Shown here: in pieces, positions 26,901 to 41,900 of the stretch
Position numbering within the stretch: the first letter of the stretch is position 1
Layout: each line of letters starts with the position of its first letter
Assembly (NCBI GenBank): GCA_965202585.1
Contig: OZ241830.1
Location: forward strand, 32,984,001 to 33,048,000
Reading direction: 5' to 3'
Length of the DNA stretch: 64,000 nt
From: Thalia democratica
Lineage: Eukaryota
Position numbers and translations under genes: made by a program
The notes under the pieces: model-generated
The model's input: the letters and a program-made list of their open reading frames with translations, nothing else
Databases searched by the model: none
Told to the model about the DNA's origin: nothing

Positions 26901-29900
26901 AGCAAAGTGGCAAAAAAACGTTTACTAAGTAAAACAGGAGTGATAGGTTGCTTATCTTTTAAAAGATAGTTTGAAAACTTATGAAAATGCTAAACAATGT
27001 TTTCTGAAAAAGCTGTTTTAAAAAAAGTTTTTATTCAGCTAAAGAAAAAAATCTGCATTTTTTCAAACTGAATAAAACATACACAATAGCTTTGTATATA
27101 AAAAATATTAGTTTGTAAATACAATATTTATGTTTTAAAATATCGGTAGAAAATAATTTATTTTAAATATCAAAAAAAACCTTACAATCTACGTTTATAA
27201 AATAAAAGTCAACTATAAGTGACCTTTTTTAAAAATTTTTGTTAAAAACGATTTTTGTTACAGCTATCTATATACATGTTTTTGTTTTGACTGGAATAAA
27301 ATACGACTTCTGTGTAATTTTCTTATTAATAGTAGAATTTAAGACACTTATTAAGCTTCATCAACACTAAACAGGGATTTAAAAAGAAAAGATGCAATGT
27401 GGAGAGCGTGCTGCAAGAACAAAACTGCACTCAGTTGGAAGTTGTCAAGTCGGAAGCCAAAGGGGAATATTATAAAGGCGAATACCAGCGATTTAACGCA
27501 AAATCTTCTCAGGTGGGTGAAATTTTGGAGATTTAAATTTTTCCACAAAGAGCAAATTATAAGCTCAGTTACAATAAATTATATGGTGTTAAGTAACAAA
27601 TAGATGAAGTAATAGCTGTCCTTTTTATTAAAAAAGCAAATTTTTCGAAATCTTTAAAGTTTATTTTACTTAAAACAGACAAATGCTTTACTTTAATTTG
27701 TAAGAGTTTTTAAAGCACTTGTGTTTAATTCAAAAATAAATTAAGTTTAGAAAATAGATATCTTAATTAAGCTTATAATTAAAATAACTAATGCATGCTT
27801 CTGTTAAAAGCAGATAATTTTTAAATTCGATCATCTTTTACAAAAAAAAAAGTTATTAATAAGAACACATGTTTCCAAAATTTTTTTTTCAGCTTCACAC
27901 AAGTGACTATAAAAATAAATTTCATTATAGTTTGAACTTCAAAACCTACTTTAAAACAAAATATTACTAACATAATTGCTGTTCAGTTTTTATTCGCTCA
28001 AGCATAACGAAATTTACAGGTTATTAAAGGTTAAAACGCTTTGGAAATAGCAATAATTTAACATGAACTAGATAAAACACTTAGGCGTAATTTGTTTAAA
28101 TTTGCAGCTTTATTTAGATTAAAACATAAACATAAACAAACTAAGTTGCAATCTAGGTAAATTAATAGTTGTCAGAAGATACGCTTAACTAATTAATTAG
28201 TTATAAAGTATTCTTACACGTGGAAATAATGTATACAAATATAATCAACATTCAATTATGACGTATAACGATATCAGATAGTTTATCTTTGGAAAATGAC
28301 GCAAGCTTGCAAGCTCTTGAGATAGACAAAGTTGTTCTCTCTTTCGCACAGATAAAATTTACTTGTGATCGTTTTTGCTCGATTCTTTTTATATGAAACC
28401 TAATCTAACAATAATTAGTCATTTTCCAGGCTTAAATCAATACAAAATGGTTGTGTAAAGTAGATAAACTTTACCTAAAATAACTTACTCTAACTTTATT
28501 AATACTTTTTTAGTTTGAGTTGACACTCAAATTTAAATTTCAAGGTAAAAATTTAAATAAACAAAACAAGTAAAAAAAAAACTTCAAGCTGTTTTTTAAC
28601 AAAAAATTAAAAAAAACATCAAAAACGTTATTATATAACAGGTTTATACTACAAAAAAACTAAATCCTTAAAAGTCTGAATGTAAAATTAAGATAACCTA
28701 GTTTGTGGTAACTTTGTTTAAAAAATATTTCTTGATCTAAATAATATAAAAGATGAATTACTACTTCTACAAACATTGAAAGAGTTTAATTTTTGTTTTT
28801 AGTGTTATAGGCGTAAAACACAATTTTTTAAACAAGTTAGAAATACTTGCCAGACAAGCGACAATTAAATCTTGATTGAAAAATATAACTATACGATAAT
28901 TAATCATAGCTTTACTATTTAACTGTTTCATCTTTATCTTCAACAACTCTTTTTAATAGATATATTTTTGATATTTTTTGTTGTTATGTAAAAGTTTTTA
29001 GTTTTATAATTAACAAAATTTATAAATTGGTTTTGACATGTATTTGACTATTCTAAATACTCTTTTATATCAATGATAGTTATAGTTATACAAATGCTCA
29101 CATGAACTTATTGTTTTAAATACAACATTAAAAATTTATGCAAGCTATCATAAATTTTAGAATAATAATTTACCTTTATGGTTATTAAAGCTGTTAAAAC
29201 TTTTATCTATTAGTAAAACATTACGAAACTTGTAGCACTTGTAGAACTTTTAAAAACTAAAATAATTACCATCGGTTAAATTTTAAAAAAATTAAAAAAA
29301 ATCTTATTAGCTTCTAAATCAGTTGTTATACAGGTAAATGTACGCATCGGTGACACAGTACCATTTGAATTCAAAGTTAAAGAACCAGAAGTCTACCCTG
29401 TCGATTTGTACTACCTTATGGACCTTTCGTTCAGTATGAAGGACGATTTGAAAAATGTTAACAAACTCGCAATTAAAATTGGTTTGTTTTGTTTGAACTA
29501 TAGAAAAATTAACAAAGTTTTTTATAACTTTTGCACTATGAGTTTTATAAAAGTTGAAATATATTAAATCAAACAAACAAAAACAAAAAAATGTTGTCTA
29601 AAAATAACTCAGAATTTGTTTTGATTATTTAATAAAGTTTTACATAACGTTTATAAAATTTTTAGTAATTGTTAAAACAAAAACTTTTCATTATAATATC
29701 AAAGATTTTTACTAATACTTCTTCAGTTGAAACACTTAAAATGCTGACATCTGGAGCCGACGGAACCGTCAGATTGGGATTCGGAACTTTTGTTGATAAA
29801 GTTCAAAGCCCCATGACACAAATGACACCTTACAAGTTCGTTGCATTATTAACACTATCAATTTAAAAACAAAATCAAGTTATTTTGTTGAAATTAAAAA

Positions 29901-32900
29901 ATTACATCAAATTATTTTCTAAGTTGTTTATATTAGTCGAATTTAGAATTTTTATCAAAAAATTAGTTTTACTGATCTGCTGAAAATCAAACAGACCTAA
30001 ATATGACAATTACGGTGACTTAGGACTAAAATTTGGTTTACAGAGCTTAACGCTAAAAAAAAAACTATCGTTTGAAACAATATGTAAGGTTTTCAACAAA
30101 ACTCCAATTTCTTCATTTACAAATATTTTTCAGACTGCAGCACCCATACTTTAACGACACGGAGCCACCCTTCTTATACGAGAACAGGATAGGGATGACA
30201 GACAACATCACCCTGTTTCAGGAAGTCGTGGGTGACGTGAAAGTTTCAGGTAACCTGGATCCCCCAGAAGCCGCACTGGATGCCATGTTGCAGGTATGAT
30301 TGATGTTTGGTTTAAAATTGCTTTTATTTGCTACGATATGATAAACACAAAAATAAATAATATTGTTCTTAAAATACGTTTATTTTTTGAGTTGGTTAGC
30401 TTAATATTGTAAATTTATTCTAGCGTAAAATAAATTTAGTAGTAAAACTAAATTATATCAGGTGGCGAAATGCAACGATCTGATTGGTTGGAAGGGTGAA
30501 GCTTTGAGGTTGATGCTGGTTGCCACGGAATCAGCTTATCACTACGGGGGTGACGGTATGGACAAGATGGCAGGGTTCACCAGGAGCAACGACGGTGAAT
30601 GCCACACCGACAAGGAAAACGGAAAGTTAGTTTCTTATAAGGGGAATTAAATATAATTTTGATTTGTTTATAACTTTCATACTTTTAATTTACTTGAATT
30701 TTTATAATTGTTTACTTCGATTTATTGGCTAGATAAAAGTTACTATGTTTAACGACATTTAAATCATCTTTGATTTTTGAACAGTGAAGTTTATTTCAAG
30801 TTTGATAAATAAGCAAACAAACTAAACCTTATATTTGTGTCTTTTATGAGCATTAAAGTTGAAATTGTGCCAACTTTCGATTTTTGAATGGTTTTAGGAT
30901 TAATTAAATTTATCAAAAAAGTTATTTTATTAGTTATTTTAGTGCTTTTAAGACAATATAATTAATCAAAACTTTAATACAAAAAATATCTTTAAAACTA
31001 TAACTTTTAGAAAAAAATATAAAAATGTTTTAAGGTATTAACTTTACAGATATATGGACGATGGAACAATGGACTACCCAACAATCACACAAGTAGTAGA
31101 TGCAGTAGAAGAAAGCTCCATTACACCGGTATTTGCTATCGGAAGAACTTACGAAAACATGTACCAGGTTATAAGAACTATTTTTTACTTATATTGTAAC
31201 AATATTACTTTTCACAGCTCTTAATACGATTATGAGCACCATGTAAGATTTTTAATGGTGGAGTTGTTTTATACTCATAGAATTTTTGTTAATTTTTTTT
31301 TAGTCATACTACTGTACAAACCGAACGACTAAGATAATACATTGTCCATCAATTGTTTATGACGCAGTAATTAAAACTTAATATTGCTAAAGTTTAGGTT
31401 CGTTATTTTTTTTATATGTGTTGATTCTATTTTTTGAAAACTAGTATTAGAAGTTTTTAATCACCAACGTTGTGGAATTATTCTACAAAAAATTGTATTA
31501 TTATTTAATCAAATTCATAAAAAATCAAAGTTTTTTTAGTTGTTGTATAACATCTTTTATTTCACTTAAGCAATTTTTGAATTTATTGAAAGTTATATGA
31601 TTTATTTTTGTTGTCTAAAATCTATTTGAATTTACAAAAAAAAAAGTTTTCAACTAGTAGTAATTTGTTATTTGATTGCCATAATTTAAATATGTGCTTT
31701 GAGTTATAAAAAACTACATACTTTCACAGTTAGTTTACATTATGAGGCGAACATTTAAAGCTTAACTGTCAAATAAGACAAGTTAAAAACACTTTTCTTC
31801 ATACATAAACAAATCTAACGCGAGTAAACAAAACAACTTCTAAATCAATTTTATGAATGAAAATAAGCAAGCTCTGACTAATTTTGACATTTGTAAACAA
31901 CAACTACAAAAAACAATTTAAAATCTCTGTCTCAAGTATCTAAGTATGTATCAACAAACTTAATTCAGTGCTTACGAATATCACAAACATTTTGAAAAGA
32001 TTATAAAAGTTTGGTTTAAACCCTTACAACTACTTTTATCTTAATAGTTGATGTTTTAAACATTATATGCTACTTAAGTTTGCTAAGCTAGTTTGGTGTT
32101 TATTCATTATTAACAATTTAGGTAATTAATCAACAAATGTTCAAAATTTTGAATACGTTATTTTTGTAACAGCACGTCTCGAAGAATGTATTCAAAGGTT
32201 CAACATTCGGAGTATTGAAAAACGATTCAAGTAACATAGTAGACCTCGTTGAAAAGGCGTATCTAGATATTTCTGGTTCGTTTTGAATAAAACTCTTCAA
32301 CTTTTATTTGTATACTAACGTATTTGTTACAATTAAATAACACGTTATATTTTTTCAACAAAGTACCATAATACAAATACTTAAAGAACTAAATTTTCAA
32401 AATAAATTGTTTTTTTTAGTAGTGAGATAAGAACTTAACTATATCCTACTAATAAATTACATAATTTATGAGCAAAAGTAATTAACAAAAACGTTATTGT
32501 AATACTTGCAATAACAGGTCAGCAGGATCTTAGGACAGCCAATCCGAACGAAGATAACTTGTGTGTGTGGTATGATGTACAGTTACCTTACAAAAACGTA
32601 AAAGATACATTGGAAGTTTCAAACGCTGTTGTCACAAAACTCAAGTCCGGTGACGAGGTAAGCGTGTTGTGATGACGCAGAAGTGTTAGAGGTCTAACTA
32701 ATCAGTTTAAACAATAGAGTTTTCATTGTTACTTAATTAGATGTGCTAAGCTTAGTAATCAGATGGCACATCAATCCTCTTTATAAAACAGTATAGGTGA
32801 TTTGAAAACATAGTTTAAAATTTTACGTTTTTAATATAAAAACTAGGTGAAATACGATATGAACATCAATGCGAACTTGGAAGCTTGCGATAAATCAGCT

Positions 32901-35900
32901 CTGAACTGTTCAGGAGGCGTCATCAGCCTGAAAACTAGGAAGTACGAGGAAACGTTGCCTGTTGAAACCACCATACTAGCTGCATTCGGCTGCTCTGAAT
33001 TCGTTGAAGTAATAAATTAAATATTTGGTCACTTTAAATTAATATTGTTGTTTCACTTTACATTGTTGTTTTTGAAAACCAAGAATAACTATAAGTTAAT
33101 TGTACATTAATTTCGAGGTAAAAACGTTGATATATTAACATAAGTGTTGTTAAATTTTGTATAATATTTAAAATACCGGAAAAAAAAGATAATAGTTTTG
33201 CTATGCTTATGTATTTAAAACCAAAGCTTTATTAAACAACTTTTAAATTTACACAATATATCTATACATTTTTTAACATTCATTGAAATAATGTTTTTTA
33301 TAGGAAAACAGTGCAAAATGTAGTGGCAGAGGTAACTTTTCCTGTGGTATCTGTTTCTGCCCTACTGGCTGGCTCGGCATTGCATGCGAGAAAAGCACGA
33401 TTCCTAAAGGGTGCATTGGTCATGACGGAAAAACATGTTCAGGTTAGTTTTTGTAGATTCATAGTTTTCTCACTAGTTAGTTTTAACTTGATAGTCATTT
33501 TGCCATAAAACATTATTTAAAAAACCTTTAAAGAGGTATTTAATTCTGTGTTAAAATTGCGGGTTATTTTTTTCAAGCTTTGTAAGTTACGCTCGATTTA
33601 ATTCATTAAAGTTCGGTTTAGTGTATAAACTTAGTGGTGTGAAACTTTAGTCTAGTTTTATACTTATTAAAACTAATTTCAATAGGATAATGTGCTGAAA
33701 AAAACTTTTTTTAAGTTGTACATATGCTTAAAAACCATTATATTTCAAAAAAAGTTTTCAAAGTTTGTTTGGTAAACAAAGTGAGTTTAATACTTAATTT
33801 AACGTTTAGTGTGACAAAATTTTATTTAGAGCGAAGTAAATGTTTAGAAATAACATACTTTTTAAAAGGTGCACTAATATAACTCTTGTTTTAAAAGATG
33901 TTTAACTATTTTGAAAAAAATATGAAAATTTGAAACAGACACGAATCAGTGAATGTATTATATATCAGATTTAAAGCTTTGACATAAAAAACATTTAATT
34001 TTAGAGCGAGGCGATTGTTCGCCGATAACAAACGAGTGTCAGTGTTTTCCCGGGTACAACTATAATAAGGAGCGGATATACGGGGACTTCTGTGAGTGCG
34101 ATGAGTGCCCGAAAAACGCGGGAGTCGTCTGTAGTGGACACGGAACGTAAGTTAAACTTTCTTATTTATTTTAAGAGTAGTAATTACAATTTTTTTAAGT
34201 ATACTTTTGTTTACTTTAAAGAGTTTGTTTTCAGACTTTAAAATACTGTTAAACCAAAAGATAAAAAATAAATTTTTCTAAATGGTTTGAGAGTTGCTAA
34301 CAAAATATACTACTTATCTGTACTTTTATGCAAACAGTGGTTTTCCTAAATTCATTTAAGATTTTTTATATATTGTCTAGAACTTTTCAGTTTTAAATAA
34401 CATTAAAAATTATTTAGTTACAGTAAAAATACAATTTACACTCAAAATACCATCAACGCGACAAATTTATGCTTTACCAGTTTTATACAAAAGCTTCCAC
34501 ATTCAAACTGCAACAGTTTATTAAAATTTCACCTTTTTACAATTCAAATGAAATAGGCCCACCAAGGTGAGAGAGTGCGGGTGCGAGTGCTTGTGCGACG
34601 AGGGGTGGGGCAGGATCGACTGCAGCTGCAGCATGTCGCGGCTCACGTGCACCTCTCCCGCGGGGGCCATCTGCAGCGGGAAGGGCGTCTGCAAGTGCGG
34701 GACCTGCAAGTGCGAGACCGGGTACACCGGGCCCTACTGTACCGAGTGCATAGAAGGGCCTAACAATGTTAGTTGTTGCAAATGTTGTGAATATGTTTGG
34801 TGTTTTGTTCGTTATGTTTGAAGATATTGATAAAATTTGAATTGTGGCTGAACTTTTTTTTTCTTTCGTTTTGACTTTTTACAAGTTAATTTGAAAATAA
34901 AGGTGTTTGATTATATGCATAATAAATGAAAATAACATTTAAAAACTTTATCTGCAACTTTTTAATGAATTGTAGATTTATGCAAATGAAAATTTTACAA
35001 CATTTGTTTATTTTAATAACAAAAAAAAACTTTAACTGGCATCTAAAATATTTTAAGTTAAGTTACAAACATGTATAAACTGGAATAGAGATCTTTAAAC
35101 CAAGATTAGACATAAAAAAATGTGTTTGTAGATAACTTTTACAAAAAGTGTATCTAATCCATATATTCATACTCAAACGACAATATAACACAAACTAAAA
35201 AATATAAAATGATACAAAAGTGTTACAAAACCTAAGTTTTCTTTTACTTTAACCCAACTATGCTTTACACAGGAATGTCCAAGCTGCGACAAGTTTGAAA
35301 ACTGTGTCAAGTGCACCATGCACGGTACCGGACCTCTGCGAGAAAGCTGCGCGGAATCGTGCCCTCATCCCATACAAGCAGCAGATGTTTACTCGCTCGA
35401 CGACGGTTGGTTTGCAGAATAATTACTCATGCGTGCGATAATCTATTTGAACTTGAAAGTTTACTTTGAACAAAAATGTGAACAAAAAGTTTTTTAACAA
35501 CTAGCTAAACCATTTTTTTTTATTTCAATTGAGTTACCCAACAACGCATAAAACTTTAAACCAATATATAAACATATATTTTTGTAAACTAATATTTTGA
35601 CATTGAACTTTGTAGAAGTACTTGACCGTGTAAAAAATAATTAACTTTTTTTACGCTTTAGCATTCAATGAAAATAAAATATCACCCGGAAATAAGGCAC
35701 ACGTTAACGAAGTGTAAAATTTAAATTATCATCAAATTGCAGAGGAAGCAGATAAAAGGGGGATGACGCTGTGCAGTAAAACTGACCCGCTTGACGACTG
35801 TGCTTTTTACTACGAGTTTGCCACCATCGGAGATGACGAGTACACCATCATTGCTGAGAAAAATAAACGTTTGTATCATATGTACTTTATTTCAGTTTAG

Positions 35901-38900
35901 ATTTGTTTAGCTTTGTAAATAATCGCAAAAACTAAAATAATTTTTGATAAAAGTGTTTTGACTTTAAAAATATTTTATAAACAGTAAAAAATAAAAAATT
36001 GTTTGTAAAGTTTTACGTGAAAAAGAATTCTTTTTGAAATGAAACTTTTGTATTGTTTCGTTGTTTTTAAGACACGAAAAACTTAATAACAGATTAATTA
36101 AACTTTTGTTTAAATTGTAAACTTCAACGTTTTTACATTGATTGAAACAAAACCAATTTTTTTCTTATAAAAGCAATAAAATAAAGTTAACTCTAAAGTG
36201 CTTTTCTATTTAAACTAAAAATCTATTAAATAGTAATGTAAACAAAACAAGCCATTTTGAGACTTTGGAAATTTAAAGTTAAAATTTATTCAGATTAATT
36301 ATTCTACTCTCTACTAAACATTCTTTTTTTTCGTCAAAATTTCGTTTAAGCAATGTAGTTGTCAATAAACCAAGTAATTTACAAACAAAACATTCCCTTC
36401 AGGTTGCAGGAAATCGTACTCCTTGTTGATAATCCTGTGGTGCGTCCTTCTCTTCCTCCTCATCGGGTTGATCCTCCTCTGCTGCTGGAGGTGCTGCGTG
36501 TACGTCATAGACAAGGAAAAGGAGAAAACGTTCTTGAAGGAGAACATTCCATTACCGACACTCATACCCCTCGTTCCTACTATTGGCGCAGGTTTTATGT
36601 TTATTTATACAAATTGTAAATAAAAGCTTAACTAGTTGAAAATTTCTTTTAAATTTTTTCGGACATATTTAAAAAACTTTTTTCTTTTTTTTTTATGAAC
36701 AACCACATTATTTTATTTACTACGTAAATAGTAATGTTTGAAATATTGAATAGTAATTTTTGAAAAAGTCTTTTTAAATGTTATTTGTAAATATCTAGGA
36801 AGCGTGATTGAGTTCATCAAAGCCAAGTACCTGATGAGAAAGAGCGACAAGGTGGCAATCATCCCTGTAAGAAGAAGTTTTACTCGCGGGGAAACCCGGC
36901 TCAACTACCGCACTTACAAAGGTTTGGCGGGAAATTGTAATAACTTATTAATTTTTCAATATGTAAGCTAAAATCTAACTTTTACTAATAAGTAACTTAT
37001 TACACTAGTTGTTTTGAATATTACTGGTTCATTTATCTTTAAATGTTTTATTGTTAACGATGTTTCAGTTGTTGTTGAGCTGATTATACTTTTGTTAACC
37101 TTTGCACTAGATATACATTTTTTTAATTTTACACTTATCAACATCGTTGAACATTAGTGCATTGGTATTGTTTTAACTTTGTATTAATTAATTTCATCAC
37201 AGGTTCTGCTGAAGACAACGATTTTGAAGTTTTGAGTCAAGGTGAGGAAGGAACCATGATCAGAAAACGAATCATGTCAAGAGAAAGGTTATTTGCTTTA
37301 AATGAAAGTATAAACTGCTTTCTTGTTTAATGCTGTATAGTTTTTAAATTCTAACTGTTAGACTAACAGTACGGAAGATAAGAATACGATAAAACCGAAA
37401 AAAACTATTAGTTGATTCTATTATCATGATGCAATGAAATTTTATCACCGTCTTAAAAAGGAGTGAAAAGATCTAACAAGGTTCTTATATTAAAAATTAA
37501 TCATAACTAAAATTTATCAGTGCAAGCCAACAAGAGTCAGAACCTCTGTTGGGCGCCGGCCAAGTTCAAGAAGAGAGAATAAAGAAGGTTGAGACTGGAG
37601 TTACTCAGAGCGGAGTGCATTTCGAGGTCTTGGACGAAAACGACCAGAATCGTCCGTTAGTCCAAGACGATGAAGCTTTCCAGCAAGAGGAAATCAGCAG
37701 TTACGGAATGGGAGAAGTTGTGTGAGTGTTTGTTTTAAGAAAAAGTTATACTTATAACTATGTTTATAATCTAAGTTCAGGTTTACTTTAATTTAGCCTT
37801 TCTTTAAACGTTTACGGTAGTTTATATAGTTTGTGAAAAAATCTATTGTATTATTTTAATTTAAAATTTTATTTTAGTAATGTTTTAACTAATGCATTAA
37901 AAAAACTGACATCCTACATTATTAATCAATAATCTTGATTAATTTTTATCAGTTAACATTTTTCTGTAGTTTCAAAGACGGTGAGGAATATGCAAATATC
38001 GAAATTCCCCTAATATACGATTTCGAAGGTAAGGAGGACGCCTTTTGGGTGGAACTTTACAATCAGGAGAGAGGAACAGCACTTGGACTGAAAAGAACTA
38101 AAGTTGTTGTTATCAAGGATGAAGGTTAGCATGTTTTATTGTTATTATTACAATTTTAATAGTAATAACTGTAAATAATTTAATCTTTTTGACTTTAATA
38201 TTTTTTAAACTTATGGTTTTATTTACTTTTAACTAAAGAAAATTGTATCTTAAGTATTCCTGTTGCAACCTAAACATAACAGAAATTAAGCAGTTGTATT
38301 CTACAATTGTTTCGATACCATAAAACTTAAAACCAAACAGACCACGGAGTAATCGGATTCCCGAAACCCAGCTACGTGTTCAAAGAGAATGACGGGATCG
38401 CTAAAATCCCCATCCACAGAACTGTTGGCATGGACGGACCTGTTAGCGTTGCCTGGGTTACTAGGGACATGTCGGCGTTGGCAGGAACCCATTTCGTCGG
38501 AGGAAGGGGCGTGTGCAATTTCGCTGATGGACAGGTTTGATTTAAGTTAACGATTATTTTAGCTTTGATTTTGTTATATAATTTAATGAAATACTTTACT
38601 ATAGTTATACTTATGTATTTTAATTATAAAGTAAACTTATATTCAACATGTTTTGTATAAAAGTTTATTAATGTTTGTTTTGAACTTAAATGATGTATAA
38701 CAATCAACGAAAATGAAACATTTAATAATAACACAAAAACGTTTTTTTACAAATTTTTAAGTTGTTTACAGCTTAAGGCTGGGTTTTAAAGAAGTTAATG
38801 TTTTAATATTTATTTTTGTAAGCAAATCTTATATTGTTATGATTTATTTAATGAAAAAAATTACAGTGTTACGTAAGGATAAATTAAATTTTGGAAAATG

Positions 38901-41900
38901 TGCGTTTGGTGATTTAATTGCTTTCTTATTTTGCATATTGTGAGTATATTATAAATTTTAAGTATTTCTTTTTGTAACTGCTGTTAATTATCATTTTTAA
39001 AGGATTAATTCAACTTTACTCGTTTAAAAAGTTCAAGGAGTTTGCCAAAAAGCATTAAAAACTAATTCAGTTCAATGTTTTTTGTACTCTTCTCCTTTTA
39101 TCTGTTTTACGTATATTTAAGTGGTTGAGTTATGGTTCTGGAAACTTTCAACACTGTTTTAACGAAATATTTTTATTTAAGAAGTATTAAAAAAGTAATA
39201 AAAAAAATATAGGTGACGCAAACAATAGAAATCCAGCTGATAAACGACCACATATACGACGAGAATGAGAAGGCGTTCAACATTCAACTGGAAGATGTGA
39301 AGGGTGGCGCCGAACTGGACCTGGACCACTGCATGGTGACCATGCTGTCCGATGACGAGTGCCCGCTTGTACAATTTCCCAAGGACGCCTACCCCTTCAT
39401 GGGTTCGTTGATTGATAATTAACTAAAAATTATTAAAAACAATCTCACGAAGTATGTGACATATACAGCGTATGACTTTTGACTGATAGAGCTTAAACAA
39501 AAGAAGTAATTGTAAGGTCAATACTCGTAAAAGCAATACTTTTATATAAAATCTTATTACTTGGATTTATCGTGTTTCCCGCTATAAATTATTTTTTAGT
39601 CACAATGTAATATTTTTAAAACAGAAACGATTGACATAACTAGTTACTTTTTACATGATTGTTAGTGTTAAAATTACATATCTAAAACTTTAACCTAATT
39701 AACACTTAAAACGAGTTTATTTAAGCTAAAAAATGTAAATAACAACTCATAACAGAGAACTGCGGTGAAGCTGATGTGACAGTGTTGCGTACTAGGAGCA
39801 CCAGAGGTATATCGATGGTAAAATGGCACACAGAAGACGACACTGCAATTGCTGGAAAGGACTACGTACAATCATCGGTTTGTTGTTATATGTAAGACCT
39901 ATATTTAAACAACATAGGATTTCATACACTCTATAGGAAAAGGAAATAAAAAAACTGCAAGTTTCGGTTGCTTGATGCAAAAAATATTCTGAAATAAGAC
40001 AGCGAAATTTTAACAGTTTTTAAATTTTCATTATCGAAAAATTAACTTAGTTATCATATATTATTGAAAATTAATCAATTTTTGTAAACAATATGCTATA
40101 TGCAAGCTATGTTCGTGTGGAAGTTTGAAAAAACCTTATCACACACTAACAGGGAGTAGTAACGTTCGAGGATGCAGAAACGGAATCCCACATATTCGTT
40201 CCGATCATTGATAACGACGAGTACGTCACAACAGGAAGATCGTTCAGAATCGTTTTATCTGATCCGTCAACCGGAACGAAACTGGCACCGCTCAACACCG
40301 TCAACATTTCCATCATCGAAGATGACGGTTTGTGCTCTCAGTTGTAAATAACCTGTAAGCTTAGACGTTTCCAAACTCGCCAAATAACATATTTAAGTAT
40401 AGTAGCTCCTTAAATAAAAAGAAATGTAGTATGAAACGTATAATTATGACCGATTTGTCTAGTTCAATTTTCGGACTTTTTATAAATTTTTGCTACTACA
40501 AGGTTTTAAGAAAGAGATTTAGAATTAGTTTATTTTTGTCATTTAACGCTTCGAACTTAAAGTGGCCGAGCAGTTCATCTGTTGTGTAAACATAAAACTT
40601 GCTACTTAAAATCTTAAAATAGAAAACAAGTACAAAACAAGCTATACATAAAGAAAATAAATAAAACACTTTAAGATAAAACATCAAAACCTTTAAAACA
40701 AAAAAAAATAATCTGGAAAAGGGAATACCTAGCTTAAATTAAAATGTAATTTATAGTCGCACACATACTCTATTCCACCGACCGCGAATTCTATCAAGAA
40801 ACAAGAGAACGCTTTCAAATGAAAAAAATTCTAACCTCAAATGACATTTAGATAGGAAATGCGCCCGTGGCTAAAACATAAAGTAGCATAACTTTTATTA
40901 AAATCGTAGTTTCGCAAGCCCACATGAAACTGTTACACTAGCTTTTGAAATGAATTAAAAAAAATGTTTAGAACTTGAAAAGTGTCTGAAAAAAGCTAAT
41001 AGGTGATTAAGCGCGCTTATTTTGTACTTGTAAAAATATCTGTCTAATTCGTATTTAATTGCTCGTGAACTTTCAAAAACCGCATTAGATAGCGATTGTT
41101 AAAGTACATATTTAAATGATTAAATCAATTATAAAAAAATCTCTTTAAACATTGAAACAACACAGTTTATTTTTTACCGAATTGCTGATACTTAAAAACA
41201 GTTTGTTTTATATTAAAAAACAGATTGTTTTCAAAAGCTTAATTGTTTTTACTTGTTATTAAAAACTAGACACGCTTTTTACAAATTTATTATTTCTAAA
41301 ACGTAAATGATTGAACTGCTTTTATTATTAGAAAAAAAACTAAAAACAACTTATTTATAAGACTAAAATATTAGTATCTGCGGAATTTATCTAAAACTTG
41401 TACAGAACCCGGAGTGTTTGAGTTTTCGAAGCCGCTGCTCATAATGAGATCACACAAGACCCTCGGGAGACTGACTATTATCAGGTCTCTTGGATCAGAC
41501 GGCGAGATCAGAATCCCATGGATACTTTCTGCCAACGAAGGAAACGTCGGAGCTATTCCAGATGGTTTGTGTTAAATTTAGTTTGTTTGTAGGTAAGCAC
41601 AATAGTTAAATGAAAAAACTATTTGATTTTAAATTTAAGTTGAAGTACATAGTTGCTGTTATTTTTGCATATAGTTTAAAACTTGGCTATTATGAAGTTG
41701 CATAACTTTTTATTTAGAAATATGTTATGTTGTTTAGTTATATGGAGCTTATTTTAAATGAGTTGCTTAAAAAAATTCAATTTAAAAAATGTAGTTAAAA
41801 ATCAACACTTTAGATATCATAAACTAAATCAAAAAACACATTGAATTATTAAACATATACAATATAAATTATATTACCCAAAATACAAATTATAAGCGAT

